DNA of 64,000 nucleotides from Roseibacillus sp. GTDB taxonomy: Bacteria; Verrucomicrobiota; Verrucomicrobiia; Verrucomicrobiales; Akkermansiaceae. The stretch spans positions 1,828,791-1,892,790 of the forward strand of contig JBPOGI010000001.1 of NCBI GenBank assembly GCA_051251855.1. The letters run 5' to 3'. The notes beneath the pieces are model-generated. The model did no database searches, had not been told where the DNA came from, and saw only the letters and a program-made list of their open reading frames with translations. Positions 29,670 through 40,466 of the stretch are shown here, piece after piece. Both the position numbers and the translations under genes were made by a program. Position 1 is the first letter of the stretch, and the number at the start of each line of letters is the position of its first letter.

Positions 29670-30524
29670 TCACCCGTGCTTCCCTCGCGAGGTCGTCCAC
29701 TTACCGCGCACGACGGGCTCTCCAAATACCAACCCCTCTTTAGAGGCAGCCTCACGAACAGCAGGCCATTGCTCATTCAAGATTCCAGATACGATCACCG
29801 TCCCCTCGTCTGCAAGCCAGCTCGCAATCCGAGGCATCGCCGCAATCAGTACATCTGAAAATAAATTCGCAATCAACACCTCGGCCTTGCCCTCAGGCTG
29901 CCATTCAAAAACATCTCCCACCTCGACTCTCGCATCGTGGTCCGAGAGCGAAAGACCATTACGCTCACAATTGCGCAATGCCACCGCAATCGCGGCCTCA
30001 TCATAGTCAACCGCCTCCACTTTTTTCGCTCCTAAGTGCCTAGCTGCAATCGCTAACAATCCCGAACCCGTCCCAAGGTCTAAAAAGTTCCACTCACTCC
30101 CCTTCCTCTCTCGCGCTTCATCTACTAACAAGCGTAAGCAATTTGCGGTCGTTGGATGGTCCCCTGTTCCAAACGCCATCTCAGGCGGAACAGAAATCAC
30201 CAATCGATCCCGATACTCCTCACGCAATGCATCCAAGGCAGGACCATCTCCCTCCATCGTCACCACAATCTCATCACGAATCTTGAGCGGAGGCTTTACC
30301 ACCGCCGACTTCGCCACCCAATCCTCTCGGGCAAGTCCTCGCACTGATCCTCCCCAATACTCCTGCAACTTCTGAGCCTCTTCCTCGGTCTCGTGATAAA
30401 CTTCCACCCGCAAACGGGCGCCCCCCTTCAACAAACTGATCACCGCATTCTGGTTTCCATAGAACCGCTCCTCCCAAGCATCCATCCACTTCACCGCTGA
30501 TAATTTTGACCAAACCCAAATCAT
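29670..30524 (-). CDS. prmA: Ribosomal protein L11 methyltransferase
   Basis: MAFGTGDHPTT, LDLGTGSGLLAI, IANL and VSGIL. Confidence 0.9.
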   Translation of the reverse strand: MIWVWSKLSAVKWMDAWEERFYGNQNAVISLLKGGARLRVEVYHETEEEAQKLQEYWGGSVRGLAREDWVAKSAVVKPPLKIRDEIVVTMEGDGPALDALREEYRDRLVISVPPEMAFGTGDHPTTANCLRLLVDEARERKGSEWNFLDLGTGSGLLAIAARHLGAKKVEAVDYDEAAIAVALRNCERNGLSLSDHDARVEVGDVFEWQPEGKAEVLIANLFSDVLIAAMPRIASWLADEGTVIVSGILNEQWPAVREAASKEGLVFGEPVVRGKWTTSRGKHG

Positions 30525-30579
30525 TCCTTTCATCCTATTGTGCAAAATTAACGAGGACGATTTTAAAATGCCCTCAATT

Positions 30580-31335
30580 TCAGAGGCTCGAGACTACTCG
30601 AATCTGGTCCGCCGCCACATAACGCTTCAGCAAGCGATCTTCCCACACCTGCAAATCACCCGCCTCCCCAATGCCCTCGCAGCGTCCTCTTCGTCGTTCC
30701 TGCCCATCCAAAAATTCGACCTCTTTGCCCGCCAAAGCGCAACGAGAACGCACCATTGAAATCAGCGAAGCGAAGTCACTTTTCACAAGCTTCTCCAGAG
30801 ACTCGAAGCTCTTCAAAATTTCCAACAAATACTCCTCACGTATCACCTCTTGAGCCCCCTCTTTTGCCAACGAGGTCGCAATCTCACTGAGTTCTTCGGG
30901 CACCTCCATGGCCCCCACATTCAGCCCAATCCCCACCACCACGAAGTCTCCCTCCGCCTCCACCAGAATTCCACAAACCTTGCGACCTCCAATCAGAACA
31001 TCATTTGGCCACTTGATTTCCGGAGCCAAGCCCGCCGCCTCAATACTCTTCGCCACCGCCATCCCCGCAACCAGAGATAGCCGAGGCCAAAGCGCCTTCT
31101 CGAAATCAGGTCGCAGCACAATTGTAAACGCTAGCCCCGCTCCTTCACTACAAAACCATGCAGCCCCTCGCCGACCTCGCCCTGCCCACTGCTTTCCAGC
31201 AAGAACCACGGCCCCGCTCGACATCCCCTCTCTGCCCATCTCCAAAGCCTGCTCATTTGTCGAGCCCAGCTCCGAAAAATACTGGAGTCGCTCCCCCAAC
31301 TCAGCATGCAAGAGTTCCAAATCATAGTCCCCCAT
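30580..31335 (-). CDS. birA: Biotin--[acetyl-CoA carboxylase] ligase
   Basis: GSTN, QWAGRGRRG, KWPND, KVCGIL and GIGLNV. No N-terminal HTH. Confidence 0.93.
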   Translation of the reverse strand: MGDYDLELLHAELGERLQYFSELGSTNEQALEMGREGMSSGAVVLAGKQWAGRGRRGAAWFCSEGAGLAFTIVLRPDFEKALWPRLSLVAGMAVAKSIEAAGLAPEIKWPNDVLIGGRKVCGILVEAEGDFVVVGIGLNVGAMEVPEELSEIATSLAKEGAQEVIREEYLLEILKSFESLEKLVKSDFASLISMVRSRCALAGKEVEFLDGQERRRGRCEGIGEAGDLQVWEDRLLKRYVAADQIRVVSSL

Positions 31336-31341
31336 CGCCTC

Positions 31342-32190
31342 TTAACTCTCCTCCACAAAATCCAAGCCCAAGTCCAGCCCCACCGCAGAATGCGTCACCG
31401 CACCCACCGAGATAAAGTCTACTCCCGTCTCGGAGATCCCCTTAACAGTGGTCAAATTCACTCCCCCACTCGCTTCTAGCGAAGGTGTCGAGCCTTCCCG
31501 CATCGCCACCGCCTCCCGCAACTCATCCAACGACATGTTATCTAACAAGATGTAGTCCACTCCCTCCAAAGCAAGAAAGTCCTTCACCTGATCCAAACGG
31601 TCCGCCTCTAACTCTACCCCCACTTCAGGCTGCTCACTCTTCAATCGCCGTATCGCCTCCTGCAAATACTCGAGCTTCCCCTCCGCCACCAGATGATTGT
31701 CCTTCACCATCGCACGGTCATAGAGACCCATGCGATGGTTCGTGCCCCCCCCAGCAGCCACCGCCGCCTTTTCCAAAAGACGCCAACCCGGCGTCGTCTT
31801 TCGCGTATCCAAGATGCGCGCATTCGTCCCCTTCACCTCATCCACAAAACGACTCGTCAAAGTCGCCACGCCACTGAGCCGCTGCATAAAATTCAACGCT
31901 GTCCGCTCCGCCGTCAACACCGCACGCGACGGCCCCTCCACTTCAATCACAAGCGCTCCCGTAGAAACTCGAGCGCCATCCTCTAACAAGACTTTCACCT
32001 GAATCTCATCACTGACGCGGCGAAACACCTCCGCTGCCACATCGGTCCCAGCAATCACCCCATCCTCCCGCGCATTAATAAACGCCCGCGACCGTCTTTC
32101 AGCAGGCACGAAGTAAGTTGAAGTCACATCACCCGGCCCGATATCTTCGGCCAAAGCCATGTCGATCAATTGAGAAACAGCAGCATCCAT
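31342..32190 (-). CDS. nadC: Quinolinate phosphoribosyltransferase
   Basis: EDIGPGDVTS, ERTALN, DTRKTTPG, NHRMGL, KDNH, LLDNM and EASGG. Confidence 0.95.
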   Translation of the reverse strand: MDAAVSQLIDMALAEDIGPGDVTSTYFVPAERRSRAFINAREDGVIAGTDVAAEVFRRVSDEIQVKVLLEDGARVSTGALVIEVEGPSRAVLTAERTALNFMQRLSGVATLTSRFVDEVKGTNARILDTRKTTPGWRLLEKAAVAAGGGTNHRMGLYDRAMVKDNHLVAEGKLEYLQEAIRRLKSEQPEVGVELEADRLDQVKDFLALEGVDYILLDNMSLDELREAVAMREGSTPSLEASGGVNLTTVKGISETGVDFISVGAVTHSAVGLDLGLDFVEES

Positions 32191-32243
32191 CACTCACACT
32201 ATCTCCTAATCCAACCCCAATCACCAAGCTCGAAAAATATTCT

Positions 32244-32663
32244 CTACTCGCCCACTACCGCCACCACAATCTCACGGCGATGAGGGGCTCTTCGATGCTC
32301 AAAAAGGAAGATGCCTTGCCATGTGCCAAGTGACATTCGATTTTGCATGATTGGGATGACCTCACTCGTGCCCGTCAGCGCCATCCGGATATGACTCGGC
32401 ATGTCATCCGACCCTTCGTAAGTATGGATAAAGTAATCCGCGTCCTCTGGAACCAAGCGCTCAAAATACTCCTCCAAATCCGTCCGCGCCGAAGGATCCG
32501 CATTCTCCATAATCACGAGGCTGGCGGAAGTATGCCTGACAAAAACCGTCACAGTCCCGTTCGAAATCCCCGCCCCAGCAACAATCGAAGCCACACTCTC
32601 CGTGATCTCGTAGGTTCCCTTACCGCTTGTCGCCATCGAAAAACACTCTGTATGCGCTGCCAT
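32244..32663 (-). CDS. yjbQ: YjbQ/UPF0047 family protein
   Basis: HTSASL..ENADP, DDMPSHIR and LGTWQGIFLFEHR. Confidence 0.88.
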   Translation of the reverse strand: MAAHTECFSMATSGKGTYEITESVASIVAGAGISNGTVTVFVRHTSASLVIMENADPSARTDLEEYFERLVPEDADYFIHTYEGSDDMPSHIRMALTGTSEVIPIMQNRMSLGTWQGIFLFEHRRAPHRREIVVAVVGE

Positions 32664-32779
32664 CGATCAACAGTCAGTCTCCAGCCCCATCTCGTCCATC
32701 CCATTTTCGATCGGAAATCTCTCAAAAATTGACTGGCATCCCTCTTTGCCTTGGCGCGAATCGAGCTGATAGTAACCCC

Positions 32780-35700
32780 CTGTCAGAGAACGAACCAACT
32801 GAGGAAGACGACCTCCCGGAAAAGAAAAAGAAAGGCTGCTCCGGCTGTCTTCTTCGTCTTGGCATTCTCGGACTTCTCTTTCTTGCCCTCCTGATCGGCG
32901 GTATTATCTGGTTCAGCGGTCCAGGTTTCCGCTGGCTCGCCCAGAAATACGGACCCGAGCTACTCGTCGAAAATGGCTTTCAAGGAGACTTCCAACTCTC
33001 AGGCTCCCTTCTCAAAGGCCCCAACATCGACTCCATCAACCTCACCAGTGAGACCTCTCCCCTCAAAACCCTCTCCGCAACAAACCTCAAACTCCGTTAC
33101 AACCTCTTCGATCTCAAAGACCTCAAAATCGAAGGAATCACCGCCAACTCCCTGACCGTCGACCTAGACCTCAGCCAGAGCTCGCCAAAACCAGAAAAGG
33201 AAAAGAAAGAACCATCCCAAACCACCCTGAGCGAGACTTTAGCTAAATACCGCTCGATCGCCACCCATCCCCAAATCGAAATCGGCGACCTCAATCTCCA
33301 CGTTCACAAAGCCGACCAAAATTTCTATCGTCTACAAAATGCGAGTCTCGCCCACGCGGCTAAGTCCGACACCTTCAGCCTCACCCCCGGCACCGTCACC
33401 GACTTCGAAGACAAATCCTTCCAACCGCCTACTGCCGAAATCACCTGGCAAGAAGACAACCTAAACCTCGCTCAAATCCCTCTCGCCCAAGACATCTCAG
33501 TTCCCGGCCTTCGTTTCGAACTTGACCCTCTCCTGTTAGACGGAAATCTAACAATCTTCGGAAGCTCTCTCACTTTCAACACTGACATTAAATCTGAAGT
33601 CACAGCCTCCCTAGGCACCCAGAACCTCGACCTCGCACCCCTCCTTGAGGTCATTCCCGCAGCCAAAGAGGCGACCTGCATCATCACCGATTTTCAGGCA
33701 ACAGCCTCGCAGCTTGACCAAGAGTTTTCGCAATGGGCGCTCGATCTCACCCTGACTCTCGACGACCTCAGCTTTCAAAATCGAGCCATTCCTAGCACCA
33801 CTCTCGAACTCCTCAAAAGTGAGCTCGATCTCGACACTACCCTCAGCGTCACCCTCCCAGAACAAACCCAAGTTGTCAGTCTCATCACTAACTTCGCCCC
33901 TGAAACCGCGCAATCACCTAGCACCGCTTGGAAGAACTCCCGCTCCGACCTCACCACCGAACTGCCCTCCCTTGGCTCCTTCTTAGCAGGCATCGCACCT
34001 ACCCTCAACCTCCCCGTTCCCCCAGACGGCTGGCCCGATGGCAAAGCACTCCTTCTCGCTAACATCGGCCTCAAAGACGGCCAACCTCACGCCTCCAAGG
34101 CCTCCCTCAGCTTTAACCGCCTCAATTGGGCCGAGGCTGAATTCGAAAAAGGCGAACTCACAGTCGACTACATCGATGCTAACTCCGACATCAAGGCCGA
34201 CCTCATCATCGAACAAAGCGCCACCTCCACCCTCACCTCTCGCGCCAGCTTCCAGCCTCAGGAACAATCTTATGCCGCCACCTTCTCTGCCAAAAATTTT
34301 GACGCTCAAACCCTACAACCTTTCATTCGCCTTTCTTTAGGCAACATCCCTTTAGCCGGGACAATCAGCCTCGATTGGAAGGGCTCGGGTGACCTCCCTG
34401 ACCTCAACACCCATCGAGGCAATCTAACTCTCAACCAAACGAGAGTCAGTATCGACAAACAACAACCCATCCGGCTCAACTTCGCCGCCAACTACGAAGG
34501 CACCAAGCGGGTGGAAATCTCCCAACTGGAAGTCCAACAGAACGACCAAATCTTGCAGGCACAAGCACTTTGGAATGGCGAACGGGTCGAGCTCTCCAAA
34601 CTCTCCTTCACCCAGGCCCAAAAAGAACTCGTCACTGGCGAAGCATCCCTGCCGCTCTCCCTCGATATGGACTTCAAGAACTACCTCGCTCTTGAAGAAC
34701 CTTGGTCAGCCCAACTCAATGTCGACCGTCTCGACATTCCTGAGACCGCCGAGATGTTTGGGTTCGCCAGTGCTCTCCCCGACGGTTTCTCCGGAATCAT
34801 TACCCTTGATGTCGATATCGCAGGAAACCCTGCCACCCCCGCGATCTCCACCAACCTGCTTTTCGAAAGCGACCAGCGCCTCGAAGCAAGAGCTAACTGG
34901 AATGGCGAACGAGTCGAAATCCCCATCCTCTCGCTCACTCAAGCTCAACAACAACTCGTCACCGGCAACATCTCCCTCCCCCTTTCCCTCGAAACCGATT
35001 TCAAAAAATACCTCGCCGTGGAAGACCCTTGGTCGGTCAACCTCAACGTGGACCAGCTCGATATCCCTGAGACTGCCAAGCTGTTAGGGATGTCAAGTAA
35101 AGTCCCCGAGGGCCTTGCCGGAATCCTCACCCTCGACATCGACGTTGGCGGTAGCCCAGCCACCCCCGCCTTAGCCGGCAGGCTCTTGCTTGACAGCTTT
35201 GCGCTCCAGAACATCTCTCAACTCCCCCCGACGACAGCCCGCCTTGCATGGGCCACTGCTGGCTCAACCCTCACTCTCGATGGCACCTTGGAGCCCGATG
35301 GACGCAACCCCCTCGTCATCACCGGCAGCACCGCCTTCCATCCTAAGAAATGGACAGAGAACCCCGACCTCTTCCTCGACGAGAACTTCAACTTACGAGT
35401 CGATGCTCCTAATATCGAACTCTCCCCCTTCGCGGACCTTTCCCCCACCATCAAATCTCTTGACGGTAATCTCGTGGTCCAACTCAAAGCCGACGGGACC
35501 TTCCGCACCCCCAACCTTACCGGCAGCCTCGACCTCGACCTACCAAAGGCCCGCTTCAATATCGATCGCCTCCGCAGGGTCCGGCAGACCTCCCTCAAGC
35601 TCGACTTCGCTAACAACAGAATCAGCATCTCCCCTTTCAGCACCTCTATCGACGGAGGTCTCCTCGACCTTAACGGCACCGTTGACCTCACCGACACCAG

Positions 35701-36649
35701 CAACCCTGCCTTCGACTTACGCGCCAATATCGACAAAGCCCTTCTCTGGCGGGACGACAATATTAACGCGCGCGGCGACGCCGCTCTTTTCCTCAAAGGC
35801 TCCCTGCAGCAAGCACGCCTCAGCGGCGAAATCGGCATCGTCGAATCACTCTTCTACAAAGACATCGAACTCCTTCCCCTCAATGTTCCGGTATCTATGC
35901 CCAAGGCCCCTACGCTTCCGTCTGTGGCTAAGAAGCCCAAGACCTCTGGGAAAGAAAATGCCATTCCTATTCCCGAGCCCTACGCCAGTTGGACCATCGA
36001 CCTCAAGGCCACCACCGCCGACCCTTTCCTCATCCGCGGAAACCTGACCTCGGGAGAAGTGATTGGCGACCTCACCGCCACCGGCCAACTGGCTAACCCC
36101 CAACTGAACGGGGAACTGGTCATCGAGAAACTCGATGCCGCCCTCCCTTTCTCCACTCTCACCATCGAAGGAGGGAAAGCCATTTTCTCCCCTAAAAACG
36201 GCTTCATTCCCGCCCTCGACATCCGTGCCCAATCCCGCATCCCTCCCTACGAAGCCGACCTCTTCGTCGCCGGCCTCGCGACCTCCCCCTCCATTTCCTT
36301 CGCCTCCAACCCACCCCTCCCCGAAAACGAAGTCATCACCCTTTTAGCCACCGGCACCACCACCGAAGCACTGGAGGACTCTGATGCAGCCAAAAGCAAA
36401 GCCTTCCAGCTCCTCATCGAACAAGTTCGCCGCGCACCACCTGGTTCACGCCTCCATCCTTTTGCCAAGCTCGCCGAACCTCTTAAGGACGTCGAGTTGC
36501 AAATCGCTAGCGCCGACCCCTTCACAGGAAAACGCCGCAACTCGGCTACCGTCCCCATCCCCCGCAGCGAGCGCTGGTTCATCACCGCCGCCGCCGACTC
36601 CGAAAGCAACACTCGAGGACTCGTTCTCTACATTCTCAAATTTCGTTAG
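32780..36649 (+). CDS. tamB: TamB-like translocation/assembly module inner-membrane protein
   Basis: N-terminal TM anchor, long beta-rich body and a DUF490-like C-terminus (FASNPPLPENEVITLLATG). Directly upstream of an Omp85 gene. Start uncertain (CTG at 32780). Confidence 0.8.
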   Translation: MSENEPTEEDDLPEKKKKGCSGCLLRLGILGLLFLALLIGGIIWFSGPGFRWLAQKYGPELLVENGFQGDFQLSGSLLKGPNIDSINLTSETSPLKTLSATNLKLRYNLFDLKDLKIEGITANSLTVDLDLSQSSPKPEKEKKEPSQTTLSETLAKYRSIATHPQIEIGDLNLHVHKADQNFYRLQNASLAHAAKSDTFSLTPGTVTDFEDKSFQPPTAEITWQEDNLNLAQIPLAQDISVPGLRFELDPLLLDGNLTIFGSSLTFNTDIKSEVTASLGTQNLDLAPLLEVIPAAKEATCIITDFQATASQLDQEFSQWALDLTLTLDDLSFQNRAIPSTTLELLKSELDLDTTLSVTLPEQTQVVSLITNFAPETAQSPSTAWKNSRSDLTTELPSLGSFLAGIAPTLNLPVPPDGWPDGKALLLANIGLKDGQPHASKASLSFNRLNWAEAEFEKGELTVDYIDANSDIKADLIIEQSATSTLTSRASFQPQEQSYAATFSAKNFDAQTLQPFIRLSLGNIPLAGTISLDWKGSGDLPDLNTHRGNLTLNQTRVSIDKQQPIRLNFAANYEGTKRVEISQLEVQQNDQILQAQALWNGERVELSKLSFTQAQKELVTGEASLPLSLDMDFKNYLALEEPWSAQLNVDRLDIPETAEMFGFASALPDGFSGIITLDVDIAGNPATPAISTNLLFESDQRLEARANWNGERVEIPILSLTQAQQQLVTGNISLPLSLETDFKKYLAVEDPWSVNLNVDQLDIPETAKLLGMSSKVPEGLAGILTLDIDVGGSPATPALAGRLLLDSFALQNISQLPPTTARLAWATAGSTLTLDGTLEPDGRNPLVITGSTAFHPKKWTENPDLFLDENFNLRVDAPNIELSPFADLSPTIKSLDGNLVVQLKADGTFRTPNLTGSLDLDLPKARFNIDRLRRVRQTSLKLDFANNRISISPFSTSIDGGLLDLNGTVDLTDTSNPAFDLRANIDKALLWRDDNINARGDAALFLKGSLQQARLSGEIGIVESLFYKDIELLPLNVPVSMPKAPTLPSVAKKPKTSGKENAIPIPEPYASWTIDLKATTADPFLIRGNLTSGEVIGDLTATGQLANPQLNGELVIEKLDAALPFSTLTIEGGKAIFSPKNGFIPALDIRAQSRIPPYEADLFVAGLATSPSISFASNPPLPENEVITLLATGTTTEALEDSDAAKSKAFQLLIEQVRRAPPGSRLHPFAKLAEPLKDVELQIASADPFTGKRRNSATVPIPRSERWFITAAADSESNTRGLVLYILKFR

Positions 36650-38695
36650 ATGCACCCTCGCCGTCAGACCTGCTTCCCACCCTCTTCCCTTTGGAGATGG
36701 GGTATAGCAATGTTTACGCTCCTCGGATTGTTCGCCTTTTCGCTCAGCGCAGCAGAGAAGACTCCCCTCACCGCAGTCCGTATCGAAGGCCTGACCGGCT
36801 TATCCGAGGAGGAAGTAATCACCCGTCTCGGTGGCCGCCTCGACTTCGTCACCTCTCGCCCCCCTTCTCGCTCCCGCGCCGATGATGCAGACTTCCTCGT
36901 AAGCCGCCTACTCGAGAAGGAAGGCTACTCCGACGTCACCATTTCCTGGAAAATCCCTGCAGATCGCAAGTCTATCATTCTCCGTGTTTCCAGCGGTCCT
37001 CGCCTCACAATCAAAGATGTCGAAATCCAAGGCGCCCCCGAAGAAGACGCCGACATTATGAAGCAATACTTCACCGGAAAGAGCCTCCTTGGAGGCGAAA
37101 CCGAAGTCCCCTATTTACCCGACAAAGTTGAGAAAGCCTCTCAAAGCGCCATCACCTACCTGAAGGCCCAAGGCTACTGGAAAGCCAAGGGCAACTTAGG
37201 CCCCCCGGCCATCAACATCGAATCGCGAACAGTCGATCTTTCCGTCGACGCCAACCCAGGTCCCCTGCATAAGATCGTCTCCCTCGACCTCGACGGAAAA
37301 CTCATCCCTGAAATCCCCAAACTCCCGAAACAGCTCGAGCGCTTTCTCGGACGAACCTCTTCCGCCGCAACCTTGCGGGAAATCCGCGATGGCACCACCG
37401 CAGCCATGCGCGACAAAGGCTACCAATTCGCAAACTCAACCCTCGAAGCCGACCATAGAAATGGAGAAACCCGGCTCAACCTCATCCTCGAACCTGGCAA
37501 ACGCTACCGACTACGCCAAGCCCAAATCACCGGGGCCGAGGGAACAGATATCAGCCGTGTTCAAAAACTATTCAAGCGCTCCTCAGGCAAGCCCTATGAC
37601 GAGAACAAGATCAAGAAACTCCGCAACTCGCTCCTCTCAACCGGCGCCTTCGATGCCGTAAATCGCGACCGTGAAATTGACGAAGACGCCCGCTCAATCG
37701 ACGTCACCCTGCACCTCAAAGAAGGCAAACCCAAAGGCATCTCCTACTACCTCGGGGCGGGTTCCATCGAAGGCTTCATCGTGGGAGCTTCTTACTACAA
37801 CCGCAACTTTCTCTCCAAGCTCTACAACTACAATATCGCCGCCGAATACTCCGGTATCGGATTCCTTGGACAAGTCTCTGTCACCGACCCCTTCGTCCTC
37901 GGCTACGACCTTCGCGCCACCCCCCGAGCTTTTGCCCTTACCCGCACCTATGACGAATACCGCAAGCTCGAAGTCGGCTTTGGCCTCAATGTTTCCACCG
38001 AGCTCACTGACCGCCAAATCCTCGAACTCGATACTCAATTCTCCTACGCCACCGTTGAACCGGAAGACCTCCCAGCGAGCGCACTCGGATCTACTGACTA
38101 CCTTCTCACCAGCTTGGGTGCGACGTGGTATTACGATAGCCGAGACTCCAAAGCCTCTCCCACCAAAGGGCTTTACGCTCGCGTTCGCGCCGAACTAGGA
38201 GCCGTAGCCGCCGAAACACCCAACGCCTTTCTGCGCCTCAACGGGCAACTCTCCTATCACCTTCCGATCAATGACAAGAGCCGCCTCGGACTCAACCTGC
38301 GCACCGGCATTCTTTCCCCCGCCGACGGAGACGAGCTTCCCATCGACCTGCGCTACTTCCTTGGCGGCGCAGATTCGGTCCGCTCTTTTCCCTTCCGCGA
38401 ACTGGGCCCAAACATCAATGGAACCGCTCGAGGAGGCGAAGCCTTTTGGTATGCCAACGCCGAATACATCCGCAAACTCGCCGGCCCCGTATATGGCGTC
38501 GTCTTCTTCGACGCGGGCTCCCTTGATGAGTCCGCACTCGCATGGCCCTCCTTCGATCCCAAGCTCGCCGCTGGACTCGGCCTGCGCATCGACCTCCCCA
38601 TCGGACCTGTTAGACTCGAATACGGCCGCTCCCTCAACCCAGCTCCCGAAGACCCAGCCGGAGCCTTCCACTTCGCCATCGGCGCCTCTTTCTAA
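36650..38695 (+). CDS. tamA: TamA/BamA (Omp85) family outer-membrane protein
   Basis: POTRA domains, RYFLGGADSVRSF, LPIGPVRLEYG and a terminal FAIGASF. Confidence 0.85.
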   Translation: MHPRRQTCFPPSSLWRWGIAMFTLLGLFAFSLSAAEKTPLTAVRIEGLTGLSEEEVITRLGGRLDFVTSRPPSRSRADDADFLVSRLLEKEGYSDVTISWKIPADRKSIILRVSSGPRLTIKDVEIQGAPEEDADIMKQYFTGKSLLGGETEVPYLPDKVEKASQSAITYLKAQGYWKAKGNLGPPAINIESRTVDLSVDANPGPLHKIVSLDLDGKLIPEIPKLPKQLERFLGRTSSAATLREIRDGTTAAMRDKGYQFANSTLEADHRNGETRLNLILEPGKRYRLRQAQITGAEGTDISRVQKLFKRSSGKPYDENKIKKLRNSLLSTGAFDAVNRDREIDEDARSIDVTLHLKEGKPKGISYYLGAGSIEGFIVGASYYNRNFLSKLYNYNIAAEYSGIGFLGQVSVTDPFVLGYDLRATPRAFALTRTYDEYRKLEVGFGLNVSTELTDRQILELDTQFSYATVEPEDLPASALGSTDYLLTSLGATWYYDSRDSKASPTKGLYARVRAELGAVAAETPNAFLRLNGQLSYHLPINDKSRLGLNLRTGILSPADGDELPIDLRYFLGGADSVRSFPFRELGPNINGTARGGEAFWYANAEYIRKLAGPVYGVVFFDAGSLDESALAWPSFDPKLAAGLGLRIDLPIGPVRLEYGRSLNPAPEDPAGAFHFAIGASF

Positions 38696-38813
38696 TAATC
38701 CGTTGCCATCTAGTCAGGATAACTAGAGTCACACTCATGCTTCAGATGCACGTGCCTCAGGAATCACTCGAAAAGGAAAGCCTCACCCTTCGCTACCGTT
38801 CTCTCTCGGCTTA

Positions 38814-39395
38814 CTAATCTCTCATTTTCGCCATAACGAATTCTCGCCATCTTTTCTGCTCCGACTCCTCAAGCTCCATAAAGCGGTTTTCAACTTCATT
38901 GAAAACGTGATTACAGGCGCAACAAAACTCGCTTTCGTAAAATTCCGCTCCCTCATAGGAAGGCTCAGCGTCAAGGTTCCTTCCATCACTTCCATTACCA
39001 TTGGGACAATATTGACTATCCCTAGCCAGAAGCACGTAGGTAATATACTTGTCCGAATGGCTGAGCATCAGCCCATCGCCATAGCCGCTTACTCGATAGA
39101 TTGGCGTTTGATGAAGCTCACAAACTTTCAAAGTTCGCTCCGCGTGAGGGTCATCCGTAAGAACATCTTCTTTTGTGAAAACAATATCATCGAAAAGTTC
39201 AGCTACTGCCAATGATTTCAAATTCTCCTCCACTGGAGAAGATTCGGCAGCTTTCGCCTGAGGGTCAGAAGATTCCTCACACGACAGAAGAAGAAAAAAA
39301 ATGGCCAAATAGGAGCCAACCGAGAACGAACCAAAAGTCTTGAACCCAATCTCGAAGTGAGAGCCTTTCAAATTTCGCACCCAACACTTATTCAT
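38814..39395 (-). CDS. Hypothetical protein, possible lipoprotein with Cys/His motifs
   Basis: Hydrophobic FFLLLS-C, plus CELH and CCAC. Start uncertain. Confidence 0.55.
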   Translation of the reverse strand: MNKCWVRNLKGSHFEIGFKTFGSFSVGSYLAIFFLLLSCEESSDPQAKAAESSPVEENLKSLAVAELFDDIVFTKEDVLTDDPHAERTLKVCELHQTPIYRVSGYGDGLMLSHSDKYITYVLLARDSQYCPNGNGSDGRNLDAEPSYEGAEFYESEFCCACNHVFNEVENRFMELEESEQKRWREFVMAKMRD

Positions 39396-39410
39396 CAGAT
39401 CCCCTATCGT

Positions 39411-40466
39411 CTAAACAGACTGACTCAACACTTCCTCAGGCCTCACTTTTTCAAAATCCTCCGCTTCCAAACAACAAAGGTCTGGAGCCACTAAATGACC
39501 AGGCGAAATTTCCACTGGAGTCAAATCCACCCCAATCGTTTTCTCATAATCTGGGTGATCAATCCGGCTTCCAAAGGCACTTCCTTTGGGAGGATTAATC
39601 GGCGAGGGCACCTCTCCCTTTAGAATCGTCCGCTCTCGACCACTACTGGGTTCCGGCACCGGAATCGCAGAAAACAAAGCCTTAGTATAGGCATGCTTAG
39701 GCGCCTCATACAGTTCATCCGCAGGTGCCTCTTCTACCAGCTTCCCCAAATACATCACCGCCACCCGGTCACTAACATGCTTCACAACCGCAAGATCGTG
39801 CGCAATAAAGAGATAGCTCAGCCCCAACTCGCGCTGAAGCTCTAACAACAAGTTAATCACCTGCGCCTGCACACTCACATCTAGCGCACTCACTGGCTCA
39901 TCGAGAATCAACAAATCCGGATTCACCGCCAAAGCCCGTGCAATACCAATCCGCTGGCGCTGACCTCCACTAAATTCAAAGGGAAACTTCTGCGCCGCCG
40001 ACTTAGGCAACCCCACTTGGTCTAACAACTCAGCCACCCTTTGGCGCCTCTGCCGCACATTCCCCATCCGCTGAATCACCAGCGGCTCCCCCACAAGCTC
40101 ATTCACATTCATTCGTGAATCCAACGACTCCGCCGGATCCTGAAACACCATTTGAAAGTCTTGCCGCAAGGGTCGCAATGCAGGCTGCGCCATCGTCGTA
40201 ATATCCGTCCCTTGAAACTTAATTTGCCCCGCAGTCGGATTCAATAAACGCACAATGGATTTACCGAGCGTCGACTTCCCGCAACCACTCTCTCCCACCA
40301 ATCCAAGCGTCTCTCCGCGACCAATCGTCAACGAGATATCATCCACCGCCTTCACATCCCCCACCTTCTTGCCAAACACTCCCCCACGAACTGGGAAGTA
40401 CTGCTTTAGATTCGCGACCTCCAAAAGAGGCTTATCCTTCTTCGAAACTGCCTTTTGCTCACTCAT
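39411..40466 (-). CDS. Peptide ABC transporter ATP-binding protein (OppF-like)
   Basis: GESGCGKST, FSGGQRQR, DEPVSALD and GEVPSPINPP. Confidence 0.92.
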   Translation of the reverse strand: MSEQKAVSKKDKPLLEVANLKQYFPVRGGVFGKKVGDVKAVDDISLTIGRGETLGLVGESGCGKSTLGKSIVRLLNPTAGQIKFQGTDITTMAQPALRPLRQDFQMVFQDPAESLDSRMNVNELVGEPLVIQRMGNVRQRRQRVAELLDQVGLPKSAAQKFPFEFSGGQRQRIGIARALAVNPDLLILDEPVSALDVSVQAQVINLLLELQRELGLSYLFIAHDLAVVKHVSDRVAVMYLGKLVEEAPADELYEAPKHAYTKALFSAIPVPEPSSGRERTILKGEVPSPINPPKGSAFGSRIDHPDYEKTIGVDLTPVEISPGHLVAPDLCCLEAEDFEKVRPEEVLSQSV

